Below are positions 11,081 to 24,879 of a stretch of 64,000 nt of DNA, piece after piece. The position numbers and the translations under genes are program-made. Source of the stretch: Camelus dromedarius (taxonomy: Eukaryota); NCBI RefSeq assembly GCF_036321535.1, contig NC_087437.1:46254001-46318000 (forward strand), written 5' to 3'. The notes beneath the pieces were generated by a model, which saw only the letters and a program-made list of their open reading frames with translations, searched no databases and was not told the origin of the DNA. How positions within the stretch are numbered: position 1 is the first letter of the stretch; every line of letters begins with the position of its first letter.

Positions 11081-13849
11081 TTAGATGTGGAGTTGGCACA
11101 GCATTGATAAGAAAGACAGGGTTTGTAAGGGGAAGAGGGAGCCATGAAATATTAGTTTTACCCAGGACTAGCATAAAAGAGGGGCAATATATCAGATATA
11201 TAAAAGTTAAAGAGTATCCTCAAAGTAATATAGTTCAATGTCTTATTTACTTAATAAATACTGAATAAAAATGTTGATATTGTCATGGCTTATTTCAATA
11301 TTTTGAGATCCTAAAGCAGAACATCATATCATGTCAATGTAGGCAAATGGGTATCTTATAATTTAAATTCTTGAGGGTGATAAACTTTATCATGGACAAT
11401 TTTAGGTGATCTCTTATTGTTATGTACCTGTTAGAGTAGCAGTCATATTATTATTTTTTTACCTTGAGAGATTAAACATGGGTGAGGGGATATGAATCAT
11501 CTACTTGGACCAACATCAAACCTCACCTATGCTAATATATGTTAATCTAATGGTTGGAAGATCTAAAACTCCAATACGTTATTGTTTGTAGGAAACTTCA
11601 GCTATTTTTTTACAAGCTCCTATAACCTGAAAATATATTCTGGTTTATATTTATAAATCATTAAAAAACGATTTGATTGAATTATGGAGCTAATTCTCTA
11701 CAACACGAAGGCAATTATTTTCATTGCCAGTAAAATTTATTTTGGATTTGTAATTTCATACTGAAAGCTTTGTTTAGAGGCAAAGTTCTCATGAGCTCTG
11801 AAGATAATTATGTTTTTAACGTTCTGGAAGCCAAAGTTTGGAAAGGGACAAGAAGAGATCTAATGCTAATCTTTCTGTATTTTATGGAATATTCCAGGGT
11901 TTCTTTAAGGTCCCCTCAACAGGCAGTTTCAAATTGTAACTGTATAAACTCAGCACTCAATGGCATAGAAAATACTTATTTTTCTTGACTAATCAATCTA
12001 CTTACTCTTGGGGTGGCAGCTCATGAACTGACGTAGGATTCTGTCAGTGCTTAACCATACCAGCACACCTTGCAAAACCACTGAGAATTGAAAGAAAGAA
12101 AGAAGGAAAAATTAAAAAATTCTAATCTGGCAAAGTAACTATTATGCTTATTTTAGTTATGTTTATTATTTTCTTTGTTTATATTTAATAACTATGTTAA
12201 TAGTTATATGTTGAAACAAAATTTTCAGCATGTTGGAAAGACTGAGTGGGCTGCACCATTGTTTCTCTTCTGGAACATATTGTGCTGAATATGTCCCTTG
12301 TGTTTTATAAAACTATTGTATATCCATTCTGTGAGGTAGTTTTGAAAGAGTTAAAAGCTCCCCTAGAGAAGTCCAGAGGCTATAGTTAATTATTAGCAAG
12401 GTCTCTTCTTATTAGATGCTTTTTTAAGATTAAGAAAAATCATTCCTCCTATTTTCCTCTGATCAAAAGTCACAAAGATTTGATGCCTCCGAATGCTGAT
12501 GATGGCCTGTGGGTAAATACAATGCCAGGACTTCCAATTTTATCATGTATTTTTTATGTATACTCAAAGGTTACATTTTGAGCTTCGACGTCTCTTAATA
12601 TTTGCAACACAGGGGACTGCTAAATCACCTGCATTACCTAATTCTAAGTTTTCCTTCTGTTATAAACAACTCCGAGAACATAATGTTTTGCTGCTATTAG
12701 CTGAGGAAGTAACTCCTAGCCCTTTGCTGACATTTCCCAGTGATAGCAATGAATGACAATAATCGGAAATAGGTTATTTTAAAATTTTAGAGCAAAATGT
12801 TTAAATGATCCTAAGAGACTAGAACTTGTTTGTGAAGTGGTCTGAGGAAGCTAATTCCGAGAGGAGAAGACCTTGAATTTATAACAGAGATGTGGAATTT
12901 TATAGCTGAAACCATTGGACACAGGCAGTAGCTTTATTGAAATGTCACAGACATTCAAGGCTTATTTGCGTTCTGTGGAAATGGTCGAGTTTTTGAGCAT
13001 CTACTGAGCATCTGGTTCTCTTGGAACAGAGAGTGTGTAGATGCAGGACTGCGGTGATGCTCTCCTCACTCAGTGAGAGCCTTCTCGGGCTGTGTCTGCT
13101 TACTTGGCCATGCCAAAAATGCGGCTGAAGTGCCTTGACCCTTGGCCCATGGAGACTCCAGTGGCATGGCTGGGGATAGTCTCAGTGCTCATTGTAAAAC
13201 CACATGATGGCATCTGGGACCATCTCGGGGGAGGATGGTGCTTTGAGAGTGCTGGCTTACTTAGGAGGAAGGAGAGTCCCACTTTCAGTGTTTCTTTCTA
13301 TGAAGTTCAGGGGAAGCAGCATTTTCAGTTCTCTGCCTTTTCTTCTCATGGGACCTAATGCCCAGGTGTTTGTTCAGATAGAAAATAAGCAGAAGGAGTT
13401 CTAACAGGGGAACTTTTTTGCCTATCTTCTTCATTGCCCCCTTGCCAAAGTAAAGGAAACAGCTGGATAGATAATTGTAGGCTGCTGGAAGACTCAAGGT
13501 GATTGCAGTAGTGTGCTGTGGCCCTAACAAAGCAGAAGTGAAAGGGACAGGGAATTGGGTGGTGATATATGAATTGCTTTGAGGGCTCCCCTAAATAGTC
13601 CCAGAGAGGTGGAGCTAGTTGGGAGGCTAATCATCTCCACTGAGTTTTGGGGTTTCTCTGACAGATCTTTCAGTCACTCAAGGGGCTAAAGGTTGTGATC
13701 TATGTGTGTGATGCTAGGAAAATCTCTAATCCTCAAAAAAACAGTACTTTTCTCTTTTATTTTCATGAACTGGTCATCTTAAACATGCTGATAGAAATGT
13801 TTCAGGAAGTCCTGAAGTCAGAGGGGCATTCTCTGCCTGGGTGCTATTG

Positions 13850-14128
13850 CCTGACTAACCCTGTAAGCCTCTGCTCACTGGCCCTTCTCTGGTCAGCTTT
13901 TCCTAACACCCATCTTGTCCTCTGGAGTTAGTTGTGCCCTCCTCTGGGCTCCTGAAGCGCTCACAACATGGAACAGTAACTCTGTTTTTTGTTTATCTCT
14001 CTCCTGTTGGATTGTGAGCTGCTTGAGATCAGAGACTTTTGTTTTATTTATCTTTGTATAAATTTATAAATATATGGGAGTGCCTAGCATTGCTTATTAA
14101 CACGTAGTTGGTATAAATAAGTGAATGT
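13850..14128 (+). mobile_element. L2 LINE 3' end
   Basis: gattgtgagctgcttgagatcagagacttttgttttatttatctttgta...gtgcctagca...aataagtgaatg. Confidence 0.7.
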
Positions 14129-14139
14129 TACAGAATAAC

Positions 14140-14620
14140 ATTTTGATATAGTTTATAATTTTATTTATAAAGCAAAGGGCTTACCATAGAAATTTTGGAA
14201 AATGAGGACAAAAAGAATAAAGTAAAATCACTTATCCTACTATGTAGGGTGACCACTACAAACATTGATATATATCCTGCCAGGCTTTATTCCAGGTTTG
14301 TGACTGTAAATTTCAAAAAAAAAAAAAAGGAGAGAAAGAAAAGGAAAACAGCATTATGTAACACACATTCTTACAAGCTGCATAAAATATCATTATATTG
14401 TGAATATTTTTTCCATTTCACATATTCTTCTACTACAGTGCTCTTAATGATTATAGAGTTCCTTTGTTTGAGTGTACTGTAACTTACATGACCGTTCTTC
14501 TATTTATGGACATTTATGTCATTTCTAATATTCCCCATGGACAGAAAGTACCACAGTGAGTACGTACGTGCATCCCTAGTGACTTCCTTAGGATAAATTC
14601 CTGGTAGTGGAATTGCAGAC
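14140..14620 (-). mobile_element. Old L1 (L1ME-like) 3' region, resuming at 16611-16760
   Basis: ttccttaggataaattcctggtagtggaattgc ... [insert] ... gagtatgtgcatttaaaagg is contiguous in recalled L1ME consensus. Confidence 0.65.
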
Positions 14621-15573
14621 AAAAACTCCTGAATTGCAGATAAATACCCCTAGGTGGAATTACTGGATCATATGATACTTCTATTATTAACTTTTTGAGG
14701 TACCTTCATACCTCCATACATGGTTTTCTATAATGGCTGCATTCCCATGAACATTCCCATCAACAGTGCACAAGCATTTCCTTTTCTCCACATCCTTGTC
14801 AATTCTTATTATTTCTTGTCTTTTTGGTAATAGCTATGGTTTTGATTTGCATCCCTGATAATTAATAATGTTGAGCATTTTTTCATGAACCTGCTGACCA
14901 CTGTATGTCTTCTTTGGAAAAATGTCTTTTTAGATCTTCTTCCCATTTTTAAATTGGATTGTTGTTTGGGTTTTTGCCATTGAGTTATATAAGTTCTTTA
15001 TATATTTTGGATATTAGCCCCTTATCAGATATACAATTTGCAAATATTTTATCTCATTCAGTAAGTTGCCTTTTAGTTTTGTTGATGGTTTCCTTTGCTG
15101 TTTGATACAGTCTTATTTATTTTCTTGCTTTTGTTGCTTTTGCTCTTGGTATCAGAATTCAAAAAATCGCTGCCAAGTCCAACATCAGGGAGCTTACTGT
15201 TTGTTTTCTAGCTGTTTTATGATTTCAGATCTTACACTAAAGTCTTTTATCCATTTTGAGTTAATTTTTGTGTATAGCGTAAGAGAGTGGTTGAGTTTCA
15301 TTCTTCTGCATGTGGCTATCCTTTTCCCAACACCATTTATTGACGAGACTGTTCTTTTCTTATTGTATATTATTACCTCCCTTGTTGTGAGTTGTTAACC
15401 ATATGTGTGTAGGTTTATTTCTAGGGTCTCTATTCTGTTCCATCGATCTATGTGTCTGTTCTATACCAGCACCATACTGTTTTGATTACTATAGCTTTGT
15501 AATATAGCTTGAAATCAGGGGGACATAATGTCTCCAGCTTTGTTGTTCTTAAGATTGTTTTGGTTATTTGGGT

Positions 15574-15598
15574 CTGTGTGTGTGTGTGTATGTGTGTG
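15574..15598 (+). repeat. (TG)n microsatellite inside L1
   Basis: tgtgtgtgtgtgtgtatgtgtgtg. Confidence 0.9.
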
Positions 15599-16083
15599 AT
15601 TCCATGTAAATTTTAGAATTAATTGTTCTAGTACTTTGAAAAAATGCCAATGGAGTTTGCTCCAATGCTATTTCCTGTAGATCGCTTTAGGTAGTAGGGA
15701 CAGTTTAATAATATTGATTCTTCCAATCTATGATCATAGAGAATCTTTCTATTTTCCATTTATTTATATCCTCTTCAATTTCTTTCATTAATGTTTTATA
15801 GTTTTCAGTACACAGATCTTTCACTCCTTGGTTAAATTTATTCCTAGGTATTTTATTCTTTTTGATGCAATTGTACATGGGATAGTTTTCTTTATTTCTC
15901 TTTCTGATAGGTTGTTACTAGTTTATAGAAGTGCAACAGATTTTTTTGTGTATTGATGTGTATCCTGCAACTTTACTGAATTCATTTATTCTGTTTCTTG
16001 ATGGAGTCTTTAGGATTTTCTATACATAATATGTCATCTGTCAATAGTGATAGTTTTACTATTTCCTTCCCAATTTGGATACC

Positions 16084-16113
16084 ATTTATTTATTTATTTA
16101 TTTATTTATTTAT
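16084..16113 (+). repeat. (ATTT)n microsatellite inside L1
   Basis: atttatttatttatttatttatttatttat. Confidence 0.9.
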
Positions 16114-19100
16114 TGTCTGAATTTTCTGGCTAGAACTTACAATACTATGTTGAATAGAAGTTGCAAAAGTGGGCATCCTTGTTCCTAATTTTAGAGGAAA
16201 GGCTTCAGCTTTTTGCTGTTGAGTATGATATTAGCAATGAGTTTGTCATATGTGGCCTTTAGTATATTGAGATACATTCTCTCTATCCTACTTTGTTGAG
16301 AGTTTATATCATAAATGGATGTTGAATTTTGTCAAAAGCTTTTTCTGCATCTATTGAGATAATCATGTGATTTATGTCCTACAAATTGTCAGAGTATCAT
16401 GTTGATCAATTTATGGGTGTTGACCCATCCTTGCGTCCCTGGAATAAGTCTTGCTTGCTTGTGATGTGTGAGTCTTCTCACTGTATTGTTGAATTCAGTT
16501 TGCTAATATTTTGTTAAGAATTTTTGCATCTTTGTTCATCAGGGATAGAGGCCTGTAATTTTCTTTTCTTGTAGCATCCTTGTCTGTTTTTGGCATCAGG
16601 GTAATGCTGGGAGTATGTGCATTTAAAAGGTATTTGGATTAGATTACAAAGTTGTAATAACATATTCTTACCAGTAGCATATGACAATTTCCATTTCTCT
16701 GAATGCTTACTGTTCAATAGATGTTGTTATATACATGTAAAAATTGTCAATTTAGAAGTCTAAAAACAACGTAAAAATCAAGGTGACAAAACATTTTATC
16801 ACTGAAATCATCCATGATTGCCTAGCATTGCTGGAACCCCTGAGTATATCTGGAGGCAAAAGGGATCAGCTTAAAATCTGTTGATGGTATAACTACTGGA
16901 AACAAGGAATAAGATTTTCCCAGATAAGAGCTGACATGGCAAGGGTGGAGAGCTTTAGGGAGGGAAGGAGAAGACAGGGAACACCTCTGGGAAATCTAGA
17001 ACTTAAATGGGCCAGGTGGTGACAATGGTGAATGCCACCTCAGAGCCCAAGGAAGAGATGCTGAGTCAGTTCAGAGAACAGTCTGGACCAGAACTGAGGA
17101 ACCAAGGAAAAGACATGTTATGCCAAATACTGAGAAGTTGGGAAGAAGACTGGGTATATATGCAAGGATTGTAAATCTGGGAGAGAAGGTTTTAGAAGCC
17201 CACACTTAGCCGAAAGTGCAAGTTAGATCAGGGCTCATGAACAGGTGGAATGTTGATGTTGTTCTGGAGACCAAGAAAGAAGAGATGACCTTTTCATCAG
17301 GCTGGCTTAGGGTTTTTGGCTTTGCCACCAACTGTGTGACCTTGAGTATAGTGCAGAGGCTAAAGGGTCTCAAGTTCTCCTATTAAAAAAAAGAAGGGCT
17401 TAACAGTTTGGTAAAAATGATCTCTGAGAGTCTTTCCAGCCCAGGAAATCTCTGCTTGTATTTCAAATGAAAGCATTGATGATGGAGGGGAGGAGGAGGG
17501 GACATTGTGCAACCACGGATTTAGCTTATATTTAGATTTATGCTTTGGGGTTATTACTTCTGACAACAAATCATCACCCAGAAGCCCACTAATATGTTGA
17601 AATAACTACTCTGTTTTGAAATTCTAAACTGTGACGCCGCTTCAGTTTACTTGAATGAACAGTGGTGACATAATCAGCTGCAGATATTTCTTTCCTACCC
17701 AAGACGTCTGTGATGTTCGACTCCTAACAGTAATCCATAAGTGTAGAAGGTTGTGCCGTCAAGCATTTTCATTTCTCTGTAGGCCTTGTCATTAATGAGA
17801 ACTTTGAGTTGAAAGGGACTGGAAATCTGAGGAAAGTGTGGGACCAAATCCCCAGCAAATGTAAAGCGACAATTGCTTAATTTTAGGAGACACTTTTCCG
17901 TGTTTGGCTTTTCCAGCACTGCAAGTTGGAATGTTTGTCACTGGAAAGTCAAAATGCCTGCAAAAACAAATGCCCAGTTTTCAAATATCTGGTCTGTATC
18001 ATTTATTTTTAATACTAAATGTGACATAGTGTAATGTTCTATCGATTAAATTAAACTGCATGGGTGAGGGAGATAGAATTTCAATCGAATTCTTAGATGA
18101 AAAATGAGCTGCTTGTCACAGAGTTTTCCTGGCAATCGTCTAGCATCCTGATAGATATTGGCTGGCTCCACTTAAACAGCTGGAACCTTGCAGCCTTCAA
18201 GCTGTATTTATATGAGGGGTACCTCCCACTCAGGAAAAAGTCTTCGGTCTTTAAAGAAGAGGGAAAGAATTTCTTGGCTAGTTGGGAGCTTTAATAATTA
18301 TTTTTTTCCCCAAATGATTGACATCTTTTTGGAAATTTTACATGCTTGTTTTTGTGTGAAGTCGTTTTGATATGCTGCACAGCTGCAATGTATGTTTAGA
18401 AGAGGTACTTTGCACTCAGTTCTTCTACCACCAAGTGCCTAGGAAACAAAGAAGCCTATTTATCTTGCTGTCTGCTGTTTAAATGATGTTAATGTATTTG
18501 GGAGCTGGTGTCATCCAAATATGATGCTTTAGGAAGGTGTTAACAAAATTTAAGATTCTAAGAAGACTTTCTGGTGGGATAGCAGCAGTTCAAAGGGGAG
18601 TTATACTTTCTGTTTTAGTGTAATCAATTTTGTTCCTTGTCCCCAAAATGTGGGATAAGAATGTTTTCAACAGACCTAGATTTCTGTACAAAGATGGGTA
18701 GGGGTAGGGTGAGAACCTTCTAGTGACTCGTAGCTCAGAAATTCTTCCTTCTTGGAAACTTAGAACAAAATGAATAACTTCCTCTGGATCATGATGACAT
18801 CTGGGAGGCAGAAACTTTGAGAAAAACAGCATGAGGCCATTATGGGCCCAGCAGTTGTGGTCAACTGATTTAGAATGTCATAACCAATGAAGTCACTGAC
18901 CTTGTAGCAACACAGCTAGGGTACAGTTTCCAAGAGAATGCCCAGGGCCTACGCCCCATTCTTTGGGGATAGACAGTCAAAGATGAAATGCAGCCTGGAG
19001 AATCCAAACTAAGAGCACCTTGGGAAGGGAGCATGGTCGGCAAAGCCAGGTGATGGAGCATGTCTCTGAAAGCAGAGCCCAGCACAGGGGGATGCATGCA

Positions 19101-19239
19101 TGAAATACAGGAGACAATCAGAGGAGGCAAGAGTTTCTTTAGGAGGACAGCAAGGAGGGCCCTGTTAGCTGTGTAAAGCAATGCATGAAATTCAATGACA
19201 ATGAGACGAAAATAGTTTGAATATACAGAAGTACAACCA

Positions 19240-19760
19240 GTAAACACCAACAGTTGTGGTGGCAACAACTAGAGCAGTCAACTCTATGTATTGGAGACTG
19301 AGCTTAAATAAATTCAGAGGGAGTAAACCATGATAAACTTGGACTCCAAAGAAAGGATGATGCTAACAGAAAAACACAGAATAAATTATGACATAGCTAT
19401 TTAGAGAATACTACACAGCCATTTGAACGAAGATACAGATGTTTGTTTTCCAATGAATGTCAGACATATCTCAAGTGAAAACATACTGCAGACAGTATAC
19501 TATAATCAATTTGTGAAAAGTACACATGCATGTATGAATCCATGTGTGATTGTATGCATTTATGTGTGTGATACTTCTCTATGCATGCATACTTGTAAGT
19601 GATATAGGGAACATTTTTAGCAGTTTCCACAAACCTTCTCTAAGAAGCAGATCAGATAAGGTCAAGCTGGTGCTGCCGGAAGGATCAGAAAGAAGAAAAT
19701 GTAGCGTTTAACTTTGTCTCCTTATGTTGTTTGTATTTTTGAATCATTAGCATGTGATAG
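19240..19760 (+). mobile_element. Old L1 (L1ME-like) 3' region
   Basis: ataaattatgacatagctatttagagaatactacacagccatt resembles the L1M 3' region; heavily diverged. Confidence 0.5.
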
Positions 19761-22700
19761 TAATAATGGTGATGATGATCATGGCAACAATAATTTACAA
19801 ACAAAGAGAACAAGAACCTAAGTCGAAGCTTTGTTTCTAGCCTAGTCAAAGGAAGCTAGAAGAACTTAACTGCTTAGTGCCAAGTTGTTCATCCACCTAG
19901 GTGCTGCTACTCACTGGAGAGTGCTAGAGAGTAGACTAAATTGTATTTTGAGGATACTTGGAATGATAGTGTTTTCATCTCTCAGTAATTCTTTTTTATT
20001 TCCAGTCCTGAGTGGTCCCCCTCAGATACCACAATAAGAAATACTTTGGCAGAGTTGACTCTGCCAACCTGGCTGCATCAGTGCAAGTGTCCAAGTAGGG
20101 TGCCTTGACTCTGGCTGGTGTGTTTCTAGTCACATAGATTTCAGCCACATGGCTGGTGCCTGAACAGGGTCTGTCTCTGGTCTGGCTCTTCACTTGAGTC
20201 AGCATACAGAGAAAGAGGGTGCTGCCAGCTCAGCAGACCACTGACATGGGATGTGAACACAACAGAACGCTTTGACTGGCCTCTTGCCATTTTGATACAG
20301 GAATATCTCATTCAGTACATCAATGGACTTGAGTCTCTCCTTCAAGTGTGAGAGAACATGAACGACTTACGTAGCTTCTTAGGCAGGAAGGAGGGATGCA
20401 TTTCTTAAAAGCTATTCCTGAATGTCTTCCTCTTGTGATTAGAAGGGAGGAGGCTGGCTGGGGATGGGGGCGGATAACATTCTTCAGCTCCTAGCTGGGC
20501 TGCCAGCCCAAAAATCTTTTTTTTTTCCCCATGCACCATATGGATGCAGGAAAAATATAAAGGATGTGTTCCTTGCCCTTGAGGAATTTATAATCGGGTT
20601 GGGGGGCAGCCAAACTGCTGCTGGGTAGCCTTGGATCAGCTGCACCATGAGCTGGTATGGTGCAGCTTGTGCTATCCCAGCAGGCCCCAGCTGATCCCCT
20701 TTCTGTGTCGAGGCCTGATCCAGGCCTCAGGTCAGTGGGCTGCAGGGGGAGTCACTATCTCATTTCTTTTGTTTTATAGCATTGGTTTTGGCCACTGTTA
20801 TAGGAATTTCTCAAAATAAAGCTTCTGGTGAACCATCCCTGGTTCAAGTTAGCAAGCCACATCATTACTAAATGGTGGTAGAACATCCTTTTACTTGCCA
20901 GAGAAAGTACAGAGAGGTATAAACAAATACATGCACACACATATGCATGCATACACTAGCAACTATAAAATTGGTCTCTTTGGTGGTACTAGAAAAAAAA
21001 ACAAAACAAAACTGTGTAAATCACCAGTTTAAGCCCTGTTGTTCTAATTTCAGGATAGAGAAGCAAAGGCATGTGTTCCCTTGACAGTAGACATTTAGTA
21101 AATAGGTCATATTTTCTGATTCCTAAACCAGTATTCTTCCCCATGGTAGAATTTGAGAATGCCTGTTAATGTGGGCTAAGTTCATGTTATTTTAGTGTAT
21201 TTCCAATGAGAAGAGATGAATTTCCAAGTGATATCTTCATTTTTACTCATGTGACTACCTAATGTCAACAGGAGCAGTTGGAAAACAAAAAGTTACTTAA
21301 TCTGTTTGTGTTTTCATCTCTGTCGGGTATGAGCACAGAGATAAGATGGGCCGAATCAGGGATGGGGAAGGAGAAGGGCCTGGCCCTGGAGATTAGATGA
21401 CCCGTCAGAACAAGGTAGGGGCTTGGGTGGGACTGTGAGTGGGAGAGAGGCAGATAGCAGATAAGGGGAGGGGGAAGAGGGCGGGTGCTGGTGCCCAAGA
21501 GATCTGACAGAGGCAGCAGGGAGCAGGAATCTGTCCTGAAGAGAGCCAGCGAGACTCCAGTTCAAAGGGAGCTATGCCCAAGACAGGGACACAGCCATGG
21601 GGAACAAGGCAAGTCCCCAGATCCTGAATTGTCTGCTGACACCAGGGCTTAGTTACTAGAGGTGAGGGACATAGAGTCCTACCTGCATCAATGGCAAGAC
21701 TGACTTGATGTGGAGTCTAGAATCCAACAGCCTAGGATTCTTTATTTCCTCCAGACCATTAACAGATTCTCTACAAGGCTTGAGTCAGCGGGGGATTCCA
21801 GGGAACCAGGCTGGTCAGTGTAGGAGGCAGAGCGGGTAATGCCCTGACTTTGGAAATGGGTGAGTTGACATCATGACAGTTTAACAGAAAAAAGACTAGA
21901 GGAGAACAGGTCCAAGGTCAGCAAGACTTGACTTTGCCACCTGGTTCTCTACAGTAAAATTTCTGTAAAAGAAGTTGTTAATTTGAATGGTTGTTGATCA
22001 ATGTATAGAAAATAGAACAAACTTCGGAGGTAGGTAAGATCGTCATAAGTGCTATAACAAGGGTGAGTCAGAATGCTTAATTTGGTGGGGGGATTGGTGA
22101 AGCCATCTCAAGAAAGAACAAATTCTAAATAGGGACTGAAAGGACTTGTTGCAAGTTGGAAAGTGTTGTGGCACAAGGATAAGAATACAGAAATTTCAAT
22201 GAGAAGTTTGAGAGGGAGGTATGAAGGTGAGGAGAGCAAATATTAAAAGATCCTTGCAAAAACTTGGTTCTGAAGGGAAAATAAAATGAGGTAGGGAGGT
22301 AGTTTGAGGACCAGTGTTTCCCCTGAGGCGTTTGACATAATGGATACTCTGCATCACTCCAGAAAGCTTATATCTTCTGCTGAGTTGGTGGGTAGGTTTG
22401 TAACCCCTCCTTGGGGAGTGCTAGCTGGTGGTTTACCCAGTGTTGGGGTAAAAGGGCTATGTTTTCTCAGGCTATTTTCAAATCCTTGAAAGCCCAGAAA
22501 TTTGGCCTTTGCTACCTTCTGTCTAACATTTTTTTCTTCATCTCTTAAGAATATATTAGCATTTATTAGATATGATAGATGACACTCTGGTTGCTAAGTA
22601 TGTAGAAAATAAATGTCTTTTTCTCCTTGAATCAGAAAAAATACATGATTGAAATGAAGGATCTAGCAGGGATTTCGAAAAAGGGGTTTATTTTTCATGA

Positions 22701-24879
22701 CCCTGGGGTTTATGAAGTCTGTGTGAATGGTTTGTTGTCATTGCATGCTCTTTGTTAAAGGCGGTGAGTCAGTGAAGGAAATGTGAAGGAGACATAGGTA
22801 AAGAAAAATAAGCAAGTGCCTGAAAGTAGATCTCAGCACCTCCTTATCTGGGAAGGTCTTAAACTATATCAGAACATGTAAATATTTGCATTTGGCTTAG
22901 CACACTTTCAATGTCTAGCATTTACATACATTCTGTGTTGTATGATATAGCTGGGTGATGGTGAGAGGCTGTTGTTCCCTAGAAAAGCACCTGAGGAAGA
23001 TCACAGCAAGAGCTGTCCTAGTCATGGAGTCGGTGGTAAAACCCTGCACCTTTTTTTTTTTTTTTTAAATTTTTCAGAAAATGTCCCCTCAAAGAAGTTA
23101 ACATTCTCCTCTCTACTGACTCATCTGATGGGAACAATCAGTTCACAAACCAATGTGTGGGCTAACTCACATGGCCCATCCACCAAAAATTGCAAAGAAT
23201 ATCTTTTTCCCCCCATATGTGAACAAGTGATGAGAAGAAGGAAGTCGTCGCCCCTAACCCATGCCCTTTTAAACGTCAGTTGTCCTACATTCACTGGTGT
23301 TGAAGTAACCATAAACATGTTAAATGCGTACTGAAATAGTAGCAAGGTAGAGAATAGGGGCAGAGGGGCTAGGGAGAGGAAAGGAGAGGGGAGACATTTC
23401 ATTATTTAACATATTTTGCCCAAAAGTCACAGCATCAGTCAAAGCAGATTTTCTATCATAGATGCAATTATTGGATACCTTACATTTGATACCAAATGGA
23501 AAAAAAAAAGATTTAGAACACATTTGCACAATGTTGAAATGGTTGATTATTTATTCACATCCACCTATCTGTCCCTTTCCATGAAGACATTTTGGAACCC
23601 ATTAGAGATTATTTCTCTACATCGTAAGCAATTCACTAGGTAAAGACAGTAAGTCTGGGCCAACTTGGAAGGAAAATAATATTTACACAATGCATTTAGT
23701 TTATGAAAATACAAATCTTTTTCTTTACAGCTCTTATTAACTATCATTGTCCGACAAGACAAATCCATCAATTGGCTTTAGCCGTAGGTGTCTTGTTTAC
23801 CAACTGCCTCTTTCTTCTCCCGACTTAAGAGACAGATGTAATTTAAAATGAGGATTAGAAATAACTGTCCTGAAGTACATGTAATTCTGGCTTTGCTTCT
23901 GATAAAGGTTATTGTATAATTAGCTGATTCATAACATACTGTATCATATCAGAAAATAGAACCCTTTGGAAACAAGTGACAGATGATGTACAAATAGATA
24001 GCCTAGCAATGTAAACATTAGCAGGGGGAATTCCTTAAATGTCTGCTAAAAGCATTTGATTTAATTTTGCCTATCTTTTATCAGATTTTTAAAAATGTAT
24101 AAACCAAATGACAAACAGTAATTATCTTGAAGGTGTATGGCATGATAAACCTGAAAATACATGATGTGTTTTCTTATTTTTTTTACAAAATATTTTTTTA
24201 GGGGGCTGGTTTGTTGTATTATAAAAAGCTATGATTTTTTTCACCCATAGTTCATCTCCTGGAAAGTACTGTAATTAAGATCTCAAGAACTAAATAGGCT
24301 GGCACAATCATCAAATGACAATGAGCCATTCATGGTGTTGGGGCATCAATCTAATAACATAAAAACTATTGGTTTTGAAAATCTTCCTCTGTTTCGATAT
24401 AATTGCCATTTCCACTTGTATGAAACTGAGGTTAATTTATGATGGGTTTATTTCTAGCCAATCCTGCTAATGTTCCAGGACTTTTTCATATTCTGTATCA
24501 TTTGATATGTATTGTCATAAAGCTTTTATATTTTTCAAACACTTCAGCAGTTTTATGCATTGAGTTTATTATTAAATGTCATTGTGTCACTTTATGGGAT
24601 CCTATTTAAAGAAGTTAGTAGCTAGGGAAAGAGATGAGAAATATTTATAATTCGACCCCAACTAAACTCAAGGGCAATATGGGACTTAGTAAAGAGAATT
24701 TGTAAATTTCTTAGGTGCTTTTCATAAAAATAAAGCCAAAACACACCCAAACAAAAAAGAAAACCTAAGATGAAAGCAAACCAAAGAAAAATTTTACTTG
24801 GTAATGACTTATTACCAGATACTGGGTTTTACAAATATGAAATTCTAGACAAAATGTCAAGTTCTGGAACAACTCTTCC

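Larger units (their letters stand above)
14639..16610 (-). mobile_element. Younger L1 (L1MA-like) ORF2 fragment: RT to C-terminal region, truncated at both ends
   Basis: Minus strand from 16608 reads [41 protein letters not shown] (L1 ORF2); degenerate FADD motif (VKLSLLTDDI) at ~16030-16060; stops and frameshifts present. Confidence 0.95.

Noticed and set aside
15066..16717. ORFs 15066-15398 (+) and 16514-16717 (-)
   Set aside because: Antisense or off-frame readings of the dead L1 ORF2 fragment.
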